From an uncultured Candidatus Nemicrothrix sp. (lineage in GTDB: Bacteria > Actinomycetota > Acidimicrobiia > Acidimicrobiales > Aldehydirespiratoraceae), in the NCBI GenBank assembly GCA_964504305.1, contig CAZDEB010000004.1, positions 75,441 through 139,440 of the forward strand: a stretch of 64,000 bases of DNA. The letters are read 5' to 3'. The notes below the pieces were generated by a model. It searched no databases. It was given only the letters and a program-made list of their open reading frames with translations, and had not been told where the DNA came from. This document shows positions 1-10,428 of this stretch, piece after piece. Every line of letters begins with the position of its first letter. Positions within the stretch are counted from its first letter, which is position 1. The position numbers were made by a program, and so were the translations under genes.

Positions 1-24
1 GACGTTCGACGCCGCTGCCAACAG

Positions 25-1188
25 TTAGTGCCGGCCCCGCCGTTGCGCCGATTCGGTGAGGGTTGCTTCCTCAACGTCGAAGTGTTGACGGTAGCCAGAG
101 GCGAACGCTTGGGCGGTTGCCGCGAAGGGCAAAGCGAGCAGCGCTCCGACAACGCCGAGTAGTGCCGCGCCGGCGATGACCGCTCCGTAGGCGACGGCCA
201 CGTGGATCTGCATGGTGTGAGCGGTGACTCGGGGGGCGAACACGTAGTTCTCGACCTGTTGGTAAATGATGATGCCAATCGCCACGAACAGGCCGGTCTT
301 GGGCTGATGCAAAAGGGCGATGAGGATCGGCAACGCTCCGGCGAAGTAGGTGCCGATAACGGGGATGAATTGGCTGACTACGCCCACCCAAAGTGCTAGA
401 GGTATCGGGAACGGCACGTCGAGCAGGCTGAAAACGACGTAGTGCGCGGCCGAGGACAAGATCGCCAGCACCGTACGTGAATAGATGTAACCGCCGGTCT
501 TTTCGATGGCAAGGTCCCAGACGTCCAATACCATTTGTTGGCGCTTTGGTTGGAGGAACGAGCACACGTTTCGCCGTAGCTGTGGCCCTTCGGCGACCAG
601 GTAGAAGGTGAACAGCAACACCGTGAATGTTTGGAACAAGACGTTGAGGACGGTGGTGCCGAGGTTGACGACGTCGTCGGCGAATCGGCTGGCTAGATCA
701 GAGACCCCTCCGCCGTCCACGAATTCGTTGCTGACCCGCTGCAAGTCGATGCTGCTGTCGACATTGCGTTGCAGCCAGGACTCGGTGTCGGTGATGTAGC
801 CCGGCGCCTGATCCACGAAACCTTGGATTTGGTCGGCCAATGCTGTTCCGATCGCCGCCGAAAACCCGACGAGGCTTATCAACATTGTGAGGTAGACGAT
901 CCAGACGCCGAGGCCCCGACGGATGCCCCATCGTTCGAGTCGGTTCACGGCTGGTTCGATGGCGAACGACAAGAACAGCGAGATGAGCACGACAATGAGC
1001 AATGACCGCAGTGACCTCAGAGCACCGGTACCCAGGTATGTGATCGCCCATCCGAGCCAGAACAGGGCGATTGCTTTGATCACCCATCGGGGGACCTTGG
1101 TGCCACCGGGGATAACGATCGTGCCACCGGTTGATTCGGGGACTGGTTCGTCGTCGGTCATGCGCGGGACGCTAGTCCCGGATGGCAA
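25..1188 (-). CDS. AI-2E family transporter (PerM/UPF0118-like permease)
   Basis: 387-aa ORF with many hydrophobic helices and the family-typical block PLALWVGVVSQFIPVIGTYFAGALPILIALL. Recognised by eye, no search run. Confidence 0.7.
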   Translation of the reverse strand: MPSGTSVPRMTDDEPVPESTGGTIVIPGGTKVPRWVIKAIALFWLGWAITYLGTGALRSLRSLLIVVLISLFLSFAIEPAVNRLERWGIRRGLGVWIVYLTMLISLVGFSAAIGTALADQIQGFVDQAPGYITDTESWLQRNVDSSIDLQRVSNEFVDGGGVSDLASRFADDVVNLGTTVLNVLFQTFTVLLFTFYLVAEGPQLRRNVCSFLQPKRQQMVLDVWDLAIEKTGGYIYSRTVLAILSSAAHYVVFSLLDVPFPIPLALWVGVVSQFIPVIGTYFAGALPILIALLHQPKTGLFVAIGIIIYQQVENYVFAPRVTAHTMQIHVAVAYGAVIAGAALLGVVGALLALPFAATAQAFASGYRQHFDVEEATLTESAQRRGRH

Positions 1189-1246
1189 ATGTGGGAGGGA
1201 CCCGGTTGGTTCGCGAGGGTCGTGCCGTTAAGCTTTCAACTTCGTG

Positions 1247-1352
1247 CTCTCAGGTATCTGAGAGTCCGCAATCGATGTCTGTGAAGGCCCTCCGGGGAAC
1301 CACACGGCAAAACCGAAACAACGCTCCGCCGGGTTCGCCTGTGCGGAGCGTT
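1247..1352 (+). promoter_or_regulatory. Structured 5' leader upstream of rplC (two perfect hairpins)
   Basis: CTCTCAG-GTAT-CTGAGAG at 1247-1264 and AACGCTCCGC-N13-GCGGAGCGTT at 1320-1352, both inside the 208-nt non-coding gap before rplC. A regulatory role is inference. Confidence 0.3.
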
Positions 1353-1396
1353 CGCGTGAGCAGCAGCTCCCGCGACGGCAACCACAGGAAGCAACT

Positions 1397-2035
1397 ATGG
1401 CCACCAAGGCGATCGTCGGCGAAAAGGTCGGCATGACGCAGGTCTGGGATGAAGAGAACCGCATCGTCCCGGTCACTGTTCTGCGCGTCTCCCCTTGCCG
1501 TGTCGTGCAGGTAAAAACACCTGAGAGCGACGGCTACAGCGCCATCCAAGTCACGCGAGGCGTGCGGGATGCGAGCAAGTTCAACCGGCCCGAGACCGGA
1601 CACTTCGACAAGGCCGGTGTCGATCCGGGCCGCACGCTCGTTGAGCTGCGTCTCGACGACGTCAGCGAGTTCAGTGTCGGTCAGGAGATCGGCGCCGATG
1701 TGCTCGCACAAGGCGAACTGGTCGACGTCACTGCCGTTTCACGCGGCAAGGGCTTCGCCGGAGCGATGAAACGGCACGGGTTTGGTGGTGCGCCAGCCAG
1801 TCACGGTGCCCATAAGAACCACCGCAAGCCCGGATCGGTGGGCCAGTGCGCTACTCCGAGCCGAGTTTTCCGAGGCAAGAAGATGCCTGGCCGTATGGGC
1901 AACGACAAGGTCACCACGCTCAACCTCTTGGTTGTCAAGAGCGACCCCGAGGCCGAGGTCTTGTTGGTCCGCGGCGCGGTACCTGGTGCCCGTGGCGCCA
2001 CGGTCGTCATTCGCGATGCTGTGAAGGGAAGCTGA
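1397..2035 (+). CDS. rplC: 50S ribosomal protein L3
   Basis: 212 aa. MATKAIVGEKVGMTQVWDEENRIVPVTVL is a typical L3 N-terminus. First gene of the conserved L3-L4-L23-L2 order. Confidence 0.97.
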   Translation: MATKAIVGEKVGMTQVWDEENRIVPVTVLRVSPCRVVQVKTPESDGYSAIQVTRGVRDASKFNRPETGHFDKAGVDPGRTLVELRLDDVSEFSVGQEIGADVLAQGELVDVTAVSRGKGFAGAMKRHGFGGAPASHGAHKNHRKPGSVGQCATPSRVFRGKKMPGRMGNDKVTTLNLLVVKSDPEAEVLLVRGAVPGARGATVVIRDAVKGS

Positions 2036-2036
2036 C

Positions 2037-2738
2037 ATGGCAAACGTCACCATGAAGACTCAGGCTGGCAAGAAGGCCGGCAGTGCCGATCTGGCGGCGG
2101 GCGTTTTTGGCATAGAGCCGAACATGTCCGTTATGCATCAGGTTGTCACTGCTCAGTTGGCCGCTCGCCGTGCTGGTACCCACTCCACCAAGACCCGTCG
2201 CGAAGTGTCGGGCGGCGGTGCGAAACCGTGGCGCCAAAAGGGCACCGGCCGGGCTCGTGCCGGCACGACTCGGGCGCCGCACTGGCGTGGTGGCGGTATT
2301 GCTCATGGCCCCAAGCCTCGCGATTACAGCCAGCGCACCCCCAAGAAGATGATCAAGCTCGCCCTCAACTCGGCTCTTTCCGACCGGGCCAGCGAAGACA
2401 AGGTCATCGTGGTCGACCAGTGGTCGTTCGAAACTCCCAAGACGTCCGACGCCAAGGCGGCGCTTGCGGCGATCGGCGCCGAGGGCAAGGTGTTGATGGT
2501 TCTCGGCGACGAGGACACGAACGCCTACAAGAGTTTCCGTAACCTCACCAATGTGCATTGCTTGCATGTCCGTGAGCTCAACACTTACGACGTGCTTGAT
2601 AGCGACGTTGTTGTGTTCACCGAAGCGACGTTGCCGTCGGTACCCGCTGATGACGGATCCGGCGCGGGTTCAACCGAGTCGGTACCCGCTGATGACGGAT
2701 CCGGTGCGGAAGTCACCGGAAGTGAAGGAGAGTCCTGA
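2037..2738 (+). CDS. rplD: 50S ribosomal protein L4, with acidic repeat-containing C-terminal tail
   Basis: 233 aa. Has the L4 core ([25 protein letters not shown]). The tail carries VPADDGSGA twice. Confidence 0.95.
   Translation: MANVTMKTQAGKKAGSADLAAGVFGIEPNMSVMHQVVTAQLAARRAGTHSTKTRREVSGGGAKPWRQKGTGRARAGTTRAPHWRGGGIAHGPKPRDYSQRTPKKMIKLALNSALSDRASEDKVIVVDQWSFETPKTSDAKAALAAIGAEGKVLMVLGDEDTNAYKSFRNLTNVHCLHVRELNTYDVLDSDVVVFTEATLPSVPADDGSGAGSTESVPADDGSGAEVTGSEGES
2640..2723 (+). repeat. 42-bp in-frame tandem duplication in the rplD 3' end
   Basis: GTACCCGCTGATGACGGATCCGG occurs at 2640 and again at 2682. The rest of each unit has diverged. It encodes VPADDGSGA(G/E). Confidence 0.8.
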
Positions 2739-3028
2739 TGCAGGATCATCGCGACGTACTTATCCGTCCTGTTGTTTCCGAGAAGTCTTATGGGCTCCTT
2801 GAGCAGAACGTCTACACGTTCGTTGTTAGCCCGGGTGCTTCTAAGCCCGAGATCCGCGACGCGGTCGAAGCGATCTTTGATGTGTCGGTGCTCAAGGTCA
2901 ACACTCTCAACCGCAAGGGCAAGCGTAAGCGCAATCGCCGCAACGGCGGTTGGGGCTCCAAGCCCGACCAGAAGCGGGCCCTCGTTACTCTCGCCGAGGG
3001 TGACTCGATCGAATTGTTCGAGAACTGA
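2738..3028 (+). CDS. rplW: 50S ribosomal protein L23
   Basis: 96 aa. [22 protein letters not shown] is an L23 signature. ATGA overlap with rplD. Confidence 0.95.
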   Translation: MQDHRDVLIRPVVSEKSYGLLEQNVYTFVVSPGASKPEIRDAVEAIFDVSVLKVNTLNRKGKRKRNRRNGGWGSKPDQKRALVTLAEGDSIELFEN

Positions 3029-3030
3029 TC

Positions 3031-3867
3031 ATGGCTATTCGTAAGCGCAAGCCCACAAGTCCTGGCCGCCGATTCCAGACGTCGTCGGATTTTTCCGAGA
3101 TCACCTCGACGACTCCCGAGAAGAGCCTGGTTGGTCCGAAGTCCAAGACTGGTGGCCGCAACAATCACGGTCGCAAGACTTCTCGTCACCGTGGTGGCGG
3201 TCACAAACAGCAGTACCGAGTGATCGATTTTCATCGCAGCAAGGACGGCGTGCCGGCCACGGTCGCGACGATCGAGTACGACCCGAATCGCACTTGCAAT
3301 ATCGCATTGCTGCACTATCACGACGGCGAGAAGCGTTACATTCTTGCGCCCCGCGAGTTGCAGGTTGGCGACAAGCTCGAGTCTGGTCAAGGCGCCGAGA
3401 TCCGTCCCGGCAATTCGTTGCCGCTGCGTTACATCCCGGTGGGTACCACGATTCACAACGTCGAGCTCAAGGCTGGCGCTGGCGCCAAGTTGGGTCGGTC
3501 AGCTGGTACTTCTATCCAGCTGGTAGCCAAAGAGGGCGATTTCGCCACGGTGCGTCTGCCGAGCACGGAGATGCGCCGAGTGCCGATCGATTGCCGAGCC
3601 TCGATTGGCGAGGTTGGCAATGCCCAACACGAACTCATCAAGATCGGCAAGGCCGGCCGTAACCGCTGGAAGGGCGTTAAGCCTCAGTCCCGCGGCGTGG
3701 TCATGAACCCGGTCGATCATCCTCACGGTGGTGGTGAAGGCAAGACTTCGGGTGGTCGTCACCCGGTCTCTCCTTGGGGTAAGCCCGAGGGCCGCACTCG
3801 CCGTGCCAACCAAGAATCCGACAAGCTGATCGTGCGCCGTCGCCGGACGCGCGGTTCGCGGAGGTAA
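3031..3867 (+). CDS. rplB: 50S ribosomal protein L2
   Basis: 278 aa. [15 protein letters not shown]...[14 protein letters not shown] are L2 hallmarks. Confidence 0.98.
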   Translation: MAIRKRKPTSPGRRFQTSSDFSEITSTTPEKSLVGPKSKTGGRNNHGRKTSRHRGGGHKQQYRVIDFHRSKDGVPATVATIEYDPNRTCNIALLHYHDGEKRYILAPRELQVGDKLESGQGAEIRPGNSLPLRYIPVGTTIHNVELKAGAGAKLGRSAGTSIQLVAKEGDFATVRLPSTEMRRVPIDCRASIGEVGNAQHELIKIGKAGRNRWKGVKPQSRGVVMNPVDHPHGGGEGKTSGGRHPVSPWGKPEGRTRRANQESDKLIVRRRRTRGSRR

Positions 3868-3872
3868 CTGTT

Positions 3873-4151
3873 ATGCCGCGCAGCCTCAAAAAGGGCCCAT
3901 TCGTTGACGATCACCTTCTGAAGAAGGTTGATGCGCTCAACGAGTCCGGAGACAAGAAGGTCATCAAGACCTGGTCTCGTCGCTCCACCATCATTCCGGA
4001 CATGATTGGTCACACGTTGGCCGTTCACGACGGTCGCAAGCATGTCCCGGTGTATGTCACCGAATCGATGATCGGGCACAAGCTTGGCGAGTTCGCTCCC
4101 ACCCGTACGTTCAAGTTCCACGCGGGTCAAGAACGAGGAGCTCGTCGCTGA
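3873..4151 (+). CDS. rpsS: 30S ribosomal protein S19
   Basis: 92 aa. [19 protein letters not shown]...[13 protein letters not shown]. Confidence 0.98.
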   Translation: MPRSLKKGPFVDDHLLKKVDALNESGDKKVIKTWSRRSTIIPDMIGHTLAVHDGRKHVPVYVTESMIGHKLGEFAPTRTFKFHAGQERGARR

Positions 4152-5041
4152 TGACCGCTAGCCAAACCTCTTCTCGCAAGACCAACGAGCGCCCTGGCAC
4201 CCGTGCCAAGGTTACGTTCGTCCGAAGCTCGGCCTATAAGGCCCGCGAGATCCTTAACCAGATCCGTGGCAAGTCCTACGCCGAAGCGGCCGAGATCCTC
4301 GCGTTCTCCGAACGTGGCGTTTCTGAAGACATCGCCAAGGTTCTCGATTCTGCGGTGGCCAACGCCGAACACAACGACCATCAGCTTGCTGAGGAGTTGT
4401 TTGTGTCGGCTTGTTATGCCGACGAGGGTCCGACGCTCAAGCGTTGGCGCCCGCGTGCTCGTGGCCGCGCCACCAGCATCCGCAAGCGCACTTGTCACAT
4501 CACTGTGATTGTGAGCAGGTACGACGAGGCGACTCTCGAGCGTCTTCGCGAACGCGAAGAGGCGAGCGGTCGTTCCGGTAGCACTCAGGTTGCTGAGGCT
4601 CGCCGGGCCCGTGTGGCTCAGTCCAAGGCCCGTCAGGCCGAACGTGACGCCGAGCACGACCATGATCACGATCACGACCACGATCATGAGGAGCCCAGCG
4701 TCGAGGCGCAAGCGGCCGACGTTGTGGCCGCGACCGAGGCTGCTCTCGACGAAGAGGGTTACGACGCCACCACGGCGGATTCCGATGCCGATTCGGTTGT
4801 CGACGCCGAGGACGCCACTCCGTTTGGTCCGCTTAGTCATGCACCGCTCGACGATGTGCACGAGGCCCCGGACGGATACCCGATCAAGGGCAACGCCGAC
4901 TCGATGAAGTACCACCAGCCCGAGGGCCGTTGGTTCGAGAACACGGTTGCCGAAGTTTGGTTCGCCACCACCGACGCGGCCGAGGCCGCGGGCTTTACCG
5001 AGGCTGGTACCAAAGCCTCCGACGCAGGCGAGGAAGAGTAA
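4151..5041 (+). CDS. rplV: 50S ribosomal protein L22 with ~174-aa C-terminal extension
   Basis: 296 aa. The L22 core runs to about residue 122 ([24 protein letters not shown]). It is followed by an acidic tail with an [12 protein letters not shown] run and a terminal IKGN..S.KYH.P...W...T.AE.WF.T...A..AGF block. Confidence 0.93.
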   Translation: MTASQTSSRKTNERPGTRAKVTFVRSSAYKAREILNQIRGKSYAEAAEILAFSERGVSEDIAKVLDSAVANAEHNDHQLAEELFVSACYADEGPTLKRWRPRARGRATSIRKRTCHITVIVSRYDEATLERLREREEASGRSGSTQVAEARRARVAQSKARQAERDAEHDHDHDHDHDHEEPSVEAQAADVVAATEAALDEEGYDATTADSDADSVVDAEDATPFGPLSHAPLDDVHEAPDGYPIKGNADSMKYHQPEGRWFENTVAEVWFATTDAAEAAGFTEAGTKASDAGEEE

Positions 5042-5043
5042 CA

Positions 5044-5946
5044 ATGGGACAAAAGGTCAACCCGTACGGCTTCCGCCTGGGTATCACCACCGATTGGAAG
5101 AGTCGTTGGTTCGCTGATCGTGAGGAGTATTCCGACAACGTGGTCGAGGATTGGAAGATCCGCGATTTCTTGTTGTCCGAACTGCCTCACGCCGCGATCA
5201 GCCGCGTCGAGGTCGAACGCACCCGCGAACGGCTTCGGGTCGATGTTCACACTGCTCGTCCTGGCATCGTTATTGGTCGCCGCGGTGCAGAGGCTGACCG
5301 CCTCCGGGCCGGTCTCACCGACATCAGCGGCAATGCCAAGGTTCAGCTCAACATTCAAGAGATCAAGCAGCCCGAACTCGATGCTGCTTTGATCGCTCAA
5401 GGCGTCGCCGATCAGCTTGCTGGTCGTGTGGCTTTCCGCCGGGCCATGAAACGTGCAGTCCAGAACGCTCAAAAGGCCGGTGCTCTCGGCATTCGAGTCC
5501 AGTGCTCGGGCCGCTTGGGTGGCTCCGAAATGGCTCGTACCGAGTGGTACCGCGAAGGTCGAGTGCCGTTGCACACGCTTCGCGCCGATGTCGATTACGG
5601 CTTCCGCGAAGCCAAGACCACCTACGGCCGTATCGGCGTGAAGGTCTGGCTGTACAAGGGCGACATCCTTCCCTACAAGACGCAGACCGACGACAAGGCC
5701 ACACTCGAAGCCGCCATGGCTGCCGGAGAGACCTCTGGTCAAGCCAAGCCGCGCAAGATTGTGTCGAGCGCCGCAGCCCGCAAACGCGTCTCTACTCCCG
5801 ACACCGATCCCGAGGTCGATGAGACTCCGGCGCCGTTGGTCAAGAACGCCGATCCCGAATTCGAGAAGTTGCTCGACGACGAGGAAGCCATCGAGGCTTC
5901 TACGCGTGAGCAGAGCGAGACCCCGAACTTCCGGGCGAACGACTGA
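5044..5946 (+). CDS. rpsC: 30S ribosomal protein S3 (acidic C-terminal extension)
   Basis: Start set at ATG 5044 ([23 protein letters not shown]), 2 nt after the rplV stop. The track ORF beginning at 4930 is an upstream read-through. 300 aa. Confidence 0.96.
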   Translation: MGQKVNPYGFRLGITTDWKSRWFADREEYSDNVVEDWKIRDFLLSELPHAAISRVEVERTRERLRVDVHTARPGIVIGRRGAEADRLRAGLTDISGNAKVQLNIQEIKQPELDAALIAQGVADQLAGRVAFRRAMKRAVQNAQKAGALGIRVQCSGRLGGSEMARTEWYREGRVPLHTLRADVDYGFREAKTTYGRIGVKVWLYKGDILPYKTQTDDKATLEAAMAAGETSGQAKPRKIVSSAAARKRVSTPDTDPEVDETPAPLVKNADPEFEKLLDDEEAIEASTREQSETPNFRAND

Positions 5947-5956
5947 GGTTGCTGAC

Positions 5957-6373
5957 ATGTTGATGCCAAAGAAGGTCAAGCACCGTAAACAACATCGTGG
6001 ACGTACCCAAGGACTTGCCAAGGGTGCGACAGAAGTTACCTACGGTGATTTCGGGATCCAGGCTCTCGAACCGGGCTGGATCACAGCCCGCCAGATCGAG
6101 GCTGCTCGTATCGCCATGACCCGCCACATCAAGCGTGGCGGCAAGGTCTGGATCAATGTTTTTCCCGACAAGCCGGTCACCAACAAGCCGGCCGAGACCC
6201 GTATGGGTTCGGGCAAGGGCAACCCCGAGAAGTGGGTTGCGGTAGTTCGCCCCGGTCGGATCATGTTCGAGTTGTCCTATCACGACGAGACAATCGCTCG
6301 TGAGGCAATCGACCGCGCTATTCAGAAGCTCCCTATCAAGGCGCGCTTCTTGGCTCGTGAGGAGGGCTTCTAA
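5957..6373 (+). CDS. rplP: 50S ribosomal protein L16
   Basis: Start set at ATG 5957 ([16 protein letters not shown]). 138 aa. Confidence 0.96.
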   Translation: MLMPKKVKHRKQHRGRTQGLAKGATEVTYGDFGIQALEPGWITARQIEAARIAMTRHIKRGGKVWINVFPDKPVTNKPAETRMGSGKGNPEKWVAVVRPGRIMFELSYHDETIAREAIDRAIQKLPIKARFLAREEGF

Positions 6374-6606
6374 TGGCTAAGACCAAGTCGCTCGCCGATC
6401 TAGGCGACGTCGAACTCTTGGAGAAGCTGGCCGAATCCAAGGAAGAGCTGTTCAATCTGCGCTTCCAGTTCGCTACCGGCCAACTCGAGAACTCGGCCAA
6501 CATGAAGCTGGTCAAGAAAGAAATCGCCCGCATGCTCACCGAGTTGCGGGCCCGCGAAATTGCCGACGCCGAAGCGGCGGCAGGCGGAGAGGACAACAAT
6601 GGCTGA
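6373..6606 (+). CDS. rpmC: 50S ribosomal protein L29
   Basis: 77 aa. [27 protein letters not shown]. Confidence 0.93.
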   Translation: MAKTKSLADLGDVELLEKLAESKEELFNLRFQFATGQLENSANMKLVKKEIARMLTELRAREIADAEAAAGGEDNNG

Positions 6607-6871
6607 GCAGCCAACAACCCGTGACAACGCTCGCAAGGTTCGCGAAGGCGTCGTCGTTTCGGACAAGATGGACAAGACCGCGGTAGTCGAGGCCACCGAT
6701 CGCGTTCGGCATCGCCGCTACGCCAAGACGGTGCAGCGCGCCAAGCGTCTTCACGTTCACGACGAACTCAACACGCTCAATATTGGCGACCGAGTCCGTG
6801 TTCAAGAGACTCGCCCGATGTCGAAGAACAAGCGCTGGCGCCTCGTCGAGGTTCTGGAGCGTGCGAAGTGA
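6599..6871 (+). CDS. rpsQ: 30S ribosomal protein S17
   Basis: Start set at ATG 6599 ([27 protein letters not shown]). 90 aa. Short overlap with rpmC. Confidence 0.93.
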   Translation: MAEQPTTRDNARKVREGVVVSDKMDKTAVVEATDRVRHRRYAKTVQRAKRLHVHDELNTLNIGDRVRVQETRPMSKNKRWRLVEVLERAK

Positions 6872-7236
6872 TCCAGCAAGAATCACGCCTACGCGTCGCC
6901 GACAACTCGGGCGCCAAAGAGGTCTTGTGTATCAAGGTCCTCGGTGGCTCGAAGCGTCGTTATGCCTCGATCGGCGACATATTTGTCGCCGCGGTCAAGG
7001 ATGCGACCCCTGGCGCACAGGTCAAGAAGGGCGATGTTGTCAAGTGCGTCGTCGTTCGTGTCAAAAAAGAGAAGCGTCGTCCGGATGGCAGCTATATCCG
7101 GTTCGACGAAAACGCTGCGGTGCTGATCAACGATCAAAAGCAGCCGCGCGGAACCCGAATCTTCGGCCCGGTTGGTCGTGAATTGCGTGACAAGCAGTTC
7201 ATGCGGATCGTGTCGTTGGCTCCGGAGGTCCTCTAA
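6868..7236 (+). CDS. rplN: 50S ribosomal protein L14
   Basis: 122 aa. [33 protein letters not shown]. Confidence 0.98.
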   Translation: MIQQESRLRVADNSGAKEVLCIKVLGGSKRRYASIGDIFVAAVKDATPGAQVKKGDVVKCVVVRVKKEKRRPDGSYIRFDENAAVLINDQKQPRGTRIFGPVGRELRDKQFMRIVSLAPEVL

Positions 7237-7544
7237 TGAAGATCATCAAAGGCGACCGTGTGGTCGTGCTTACTGGCAAAGACAAGGGTGCTGAAGGCAT
7301 CGTTGAACGGGCGATTCCCGAGACCGGCAAGGTCATCGTGGAGGGCGTCAACGTCGCCAGGAAGCATCAGGCTCCGACTCGCCAAGACCAACAAGGCGGC
7401 ATCATCGATAAGGCGATGCCTCTCGACGTTTCCAACGTTGCGGTGGTTAGCCCCAAAGATGGCAAGGCCACCCGCGTGGGCTATCGGATCGACGACCACG
7501 GCATCAAGGTCCGAATTTGTCGGCGCACTGGAGTCGAACTCTGA
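7236..7544 (+). CDS. rplX: 50S ribosomal protein L24
   Basis: 102 aa. [21 protein letters not shown] is a KOW motif. Confidence 0.95.
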   Translation: MKIIKGDRVVVLTGKDKGAEGIVERAIPETGKVIVEGVNVARKHQAPTRQDQQGGIIDKAMPLDVSNVAVVSPKDGKATRVGYRIDDHGIKVRICRRTGVEL

Positions 7545-8110
7545 TGACCACTACTACTTACGTGCCGCGGCTTCGTGCCAAGTACAACGAAGAGATTCGT
7601 GGCGCTCTCAAAGAGCAGCTCGAACTGCCCAACATCATGTTGGTGCCAAAGATCGAGAAGATTGTGCTCAACATGGGGGTCGGCGAAGCCGTCGCTCAGG
7701 CCAAGCTTCTCGAGGGTGCGCTCTCCGATATGGAGATCATCGCCGGCCAGAAGCCCGTTATTACCAGGGCCAAGAAGTCCCTCGCCAGCTTCAAGCTGCG
7801 TGAAGGCCAGGCCATTGGCTGCAAGGTCACGCTACGCGGCGACCGCATGTACGAGTTCTTCGATCGCCTCGTCTCGCTGGCGATCCCCCGAATTCGAGAC
7901 TTCCGAGGGTTGTCGCCCAAGTCCTTTGACGGCAACGGCAACTACACCTTCGGTGTCACCGAACAACTCATGTTCCCCGAGATCGACTACGACAACGTGG
8001 TCACCACTCGTGGAATGGACATAACGATTGTCACCACGGCGAAAGAAAACGACCACGGGCGTGCATTGCTCGCGGCGTTTGACTTCCCGTTCCGACGCGA
8101 GGGGCAGTGA
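7544..8110 (+). CDS. rplE: 50S ribosomal protein L5
   Basis: Start set at ATG 7544, overlapping the rplX stop (TGATG). [19 protein letters not shown]...[15 protein letters not shown]. Confidence 0.95.
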   Translation: MTTTTYVPRLRAKYNEEIRGALKEQLELPNIMLVPKIEKIVLNMGVGEAVAQAKLLEGALSDMEIIAGQKPVITRAKKSLASFKLREGQAIGCKVTLRGDRMYEFFDRLVSLAIPRIRDFRGLSPKSFDGNGNYTFGVTEQLMFPEIDYDNVVTTRGMDITIVTTAKENDHGRALLAAFDFPFRREGQ

Positions 8111-8113
8111 CCC

Positions 8114-8299
8114 ATGGCTAAGAAAGCACTACGCGAAAAGCAGCAGCGCACCCCAAAGTTCAAGGTGCGTGCCTACACCCGATGCCGTCGATGCGGTCGT
8201 CCGCATTCGGTGTACCGCAAGTTTGGTCTATGCCGAATTTGCTTGCGCAAGATGGCCCACGCCGGCGAGTTGCCGGGCGTGAAGAAGGCGAGCTGGTGA
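8114..8299 (+). CDS. rpsN: 30S ribosomal protein S14, zinc-binding type Z
   Basis: 61 aa with [20 protein letters not shown] (CxxC...CxxC). Confidence 0.95.
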   Translation: MAKKALREKQQRTPKFKVRAYTRCRRCGRPHSVYRKFGLCRICLRKMAHAGELPGVKKASW

Positions 8300-8312
8300 G
8301 GGGAGCACGACA

Positions 8313-8717
8313 ATGACGATGACAGATCCGATTTCGGACATGCTGACCCGCATTCGCAACGCCAACGTTGCGATGCACGACGAGGTATCCATGCCTTCGT
8401 CGAAACAAAAGATTGCTCTGGCCAAGGTGCTCGAGACCGAGGGGTACATCTCCTCGTTCGCCGAGGCCGACAACGGCGAGAAGCCCGGCAAGACGCTGAC
8501 CATCGAGATGAAGTACAGCCCCGAACGGGCTCGTGTCATCTCCGGTCTGAAGCGTGTATCCAAGCCCGGTTTGCGCATTTACCGTCAACGCAACGAGATC
8601 CCCCGTGTTCAGGGTGGCCTCGGTGTGGCGGTTGTGTCGACCAACAAGGGCCTGATGTCTGACCGAGAAGCGAGGAAGAACCGCATGGGCGGCGAAATCC
8701 TTTGCTTCGTTTGGTGA
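8313..8717 (+). CDS. rpsH: 30S ribosomal protein S8
   Basis: 134 aa. DPISDMLTRIRNANVAMHDEV. Confidence 0.96.
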   Translation: MTMTDPISDMLTRIRNANVAMHDEVSMPSSKQKIALAKVLETEGYISSFAEADNGEKPGKTLTIEMKYSPERARVISGLKRVSKPGLRIYRQRNEIPRVQGGLGVAVVSTNKGLMSDREARKNRMGGEILCFVW

Positions 8718-8727
8718 GGGAGCAGCA

Positions 8728-9267
8728 ATGAGCCGTGTAGGCAGTTCACCCATCACAGTCCCCGCCGGCGTCGACGTTTCCATCAATGGCGCGTCGGTCA
8801 CCGTTACCGGGGCCAAAGGCACCCTGGAGCGCGAGCTCCCGGGCGGCATCACGATGTCTCTCGAAGACAGCGTGCTCACCTTGGAACGTCCCGACGACTC
8901 GGGAGGCGCCAAGGCATTCCATGGCCTGTCTCGTTCGTTGGTGCAGAACATGATCACCGGTGTTTCTGAGGGCTTCGTCAAGGAGTTGCAGATTCTCGGC
9001 GTTGGTTACCGTGCTACCGCCAAGGGCCCCAACGCCCTCGAGTTGGCGCTCGGTTACAGCCATCCGGTCAACATCACCGCACCTGACGGCATCGAGTTCG
9101 ATGTTCCGGTTCAGACCCAGATTTTCGTCAAGGGAATCGACAAGCAGCTGGTTGGTCAGGTTGCCGCCGACATCCGTAAGTGGCGCAAGCCCGAGCCTTA
9201 CAAGGGCAAGGGAATCCGCTACAAGGACGAACGCGTTATCCGCAAGGCCGGAAAGGCAGCGAAGTAG
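8728..9267 (+). CDS. rplF: 50S ribosomal protein L6
   Basis: 179 aa. [33 protein letters not shown]. Confidence 0.96.
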   Translation: MSRVGSSPITVPAGVDVSINGASVTVTGAKGTLERELPGGITMSLEDSVLTLERPDDSGGAKAFHGLSRSLVQNMITGVSEGFVKELQILGVGYRATAKGPNALELALGYSHPVNITAPDGIEFDVPVQTQIFVKGIDKQLVGQVAADIRKWRKPEPYKGKGIRYKDERVIRKAGKAAK

Positions 9268-9269
9268 TC

Positions 9270-9635
9270 ATGGCAGTTTCAGCAAAGAAGCGTCGCGACG
9301 ATCGCATCCGCCGCCATCGTCGGGTTCGTAAGAACGTCCGTGGTAGCGCCGAGCGTCCCCGTGTCGCCGTATTTCGTTCGAACAAGCACATCTCCGCTCA
9401 GGTCATTGACGACCTCACGGGCGCGACTCTTGCTTCGGTGTCGACCACCGAAGCAGCGCTGCGTGGCGATGTAAACAGCAATATCGAAGCAGCGGCCAAG
9501 GCCGGAGCGCTCTTGGCCGAACGGGCCAAGGCCGCGGGCATCGAAGCGGTTGTTTTTGATCGTGGTGGGTTCCGCTACCACGGCCGGGTTGCGGCGCTTG
9601 CCGAGGCAGCCCGTGAGGGAGGATTGGTCTTCTAA
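9270..9635 (+). CDS. rplR: 50S ribosomal protein L18
   Basis: Start set at ATG 9270 ([23 protein letters not shown]), 3 nt after the rplF stop. Ends [26 protein letters not shown]. Confidence 0.95.
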   Translation: MAVSAKKRRDDRIRRHRRVRKNVRGSAERPRVAVFRSNKHISAQVIDDLTGATLASVSTTEAALRGDVNSNIEAAAKAGALLAERAKAAGIEAVVFDRGGFRYHGRVAALAEAAREGGLVF

Positions 9636-10231
9636 TGGCGTACCAACGAAACGAACGTGAGCCGAACCCACGTGATGGTGGCGAAGGCCTCCGCGAATCG
9701 CGGGTCATAAACATCAACCGCGTGGCCAAGGTCGTCAAGGGCGGTCGTCGCTTCAGCTTCACCGCTCTTGTGGTGATCGGCGACGGCGCCGGCAAAGTCG
9801 GGCTCGGCTATGGCAAGGCCAAAGAGGTCCCGCTGGCTATCCAGAAGGGCACCGAAGAAGCTCGACGTAATCTGTTCTCCGTGCCGATGGCCGGCAGCAC
9901 GATTGTCCACGAGACCATCGGCGAACTTGGTGCCGGGCGAGTAATGCTCAAGCCCGCTGCTCCCGGTACTGGTGTTATTGCTGGTGGTGCCGCTCGCGCG
10001 ATTCTCGAAGAGGCTGGCGTGCACGATGTCTTGTGCAAGTCGCTTGGCTCGCCCAACCACATCAACGTTGCCCGAGCAACGATCGAAGGTCTCAAGGGTC
10101 AGCGTCGTCCCGACGAAGTCGCCCGCCTTCGTGGTCTTGACCCCGAAGAGTTCCTTCCCGGCGCTCTTTGGACCGCCTACCAGGCCAGCGAACGCGGCGA
10201 GCAGAAGCCCGCGGCTGCCGAGGAGTCCTGA
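9635..10231 (+). CDS. rpsE: 30S ribosomal protein S5
   Basis: 198 aa. [38 protein letters not shown]. Confidence 0.97.
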   Translation: MAYQRNEREPNPRDGGEGLRESRVININRVAKVVKGGRRFSFTALVVIGDGAGKVGLGYGKAKEVPLAIQKGTEEARRNLFSVPMAGSTIVHETIGELGAGRVMLKPAAPGTGVIAGGAARAILEEAGVHDVLCKSLGSPNHINVARATIEGLKGQRRPDEVARLRGLDPEEFLPGALWTAYQASERGEQKPAAAEES

Positions 10232-10428
10232 TGGCTATCAAGGTCACTCAAGTAAAAAGCAACATTGGCTGTAAGCCCAAGCAGCGTGGCACCCTTCGTG
10301 CCCTTGGTCTGCGCGGCATCGGCCGTTCCAACACCCTTCCCGATCGTCCCGAGATCCGGGGCATGATTGCCCGGGTTCCTCACCTGGTTTCGGTCGAAGA
10401 GGGCGTGTCCGAAGGAGCAGACGAATGA
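10231..10428 (+). CDS. rpmD: 50S ribosomal protein L30
   Basis: Start set at ATG 10231 ([31 protein letters not shown]). 65 aa. Confidence 0.93.
   Translation: MAIKVTQVKSNIGCKPKQRGTLRALGLRGIGRSNTLPDRPEIRGMIARVPHLVSVEEGVSEGADE

Noticed and set aside
4655-4696. Imperfect CAC/CAT-GAC/GAT hexanucleotide repeat
   Set aside because: It is in-frame coding for the (HD)n run of the L22 tail. It is not a CRISPR or non-coding microsatellite, and is covered under the L22 finding.
4837-6021. 394-aa minus-strand ORF (also 4127-5044, 305 aa)
   Set aside because: Antisense to rplV, rpsC and rplP. Low-complexity composition. The plus-strand r-protein genes explain the region.
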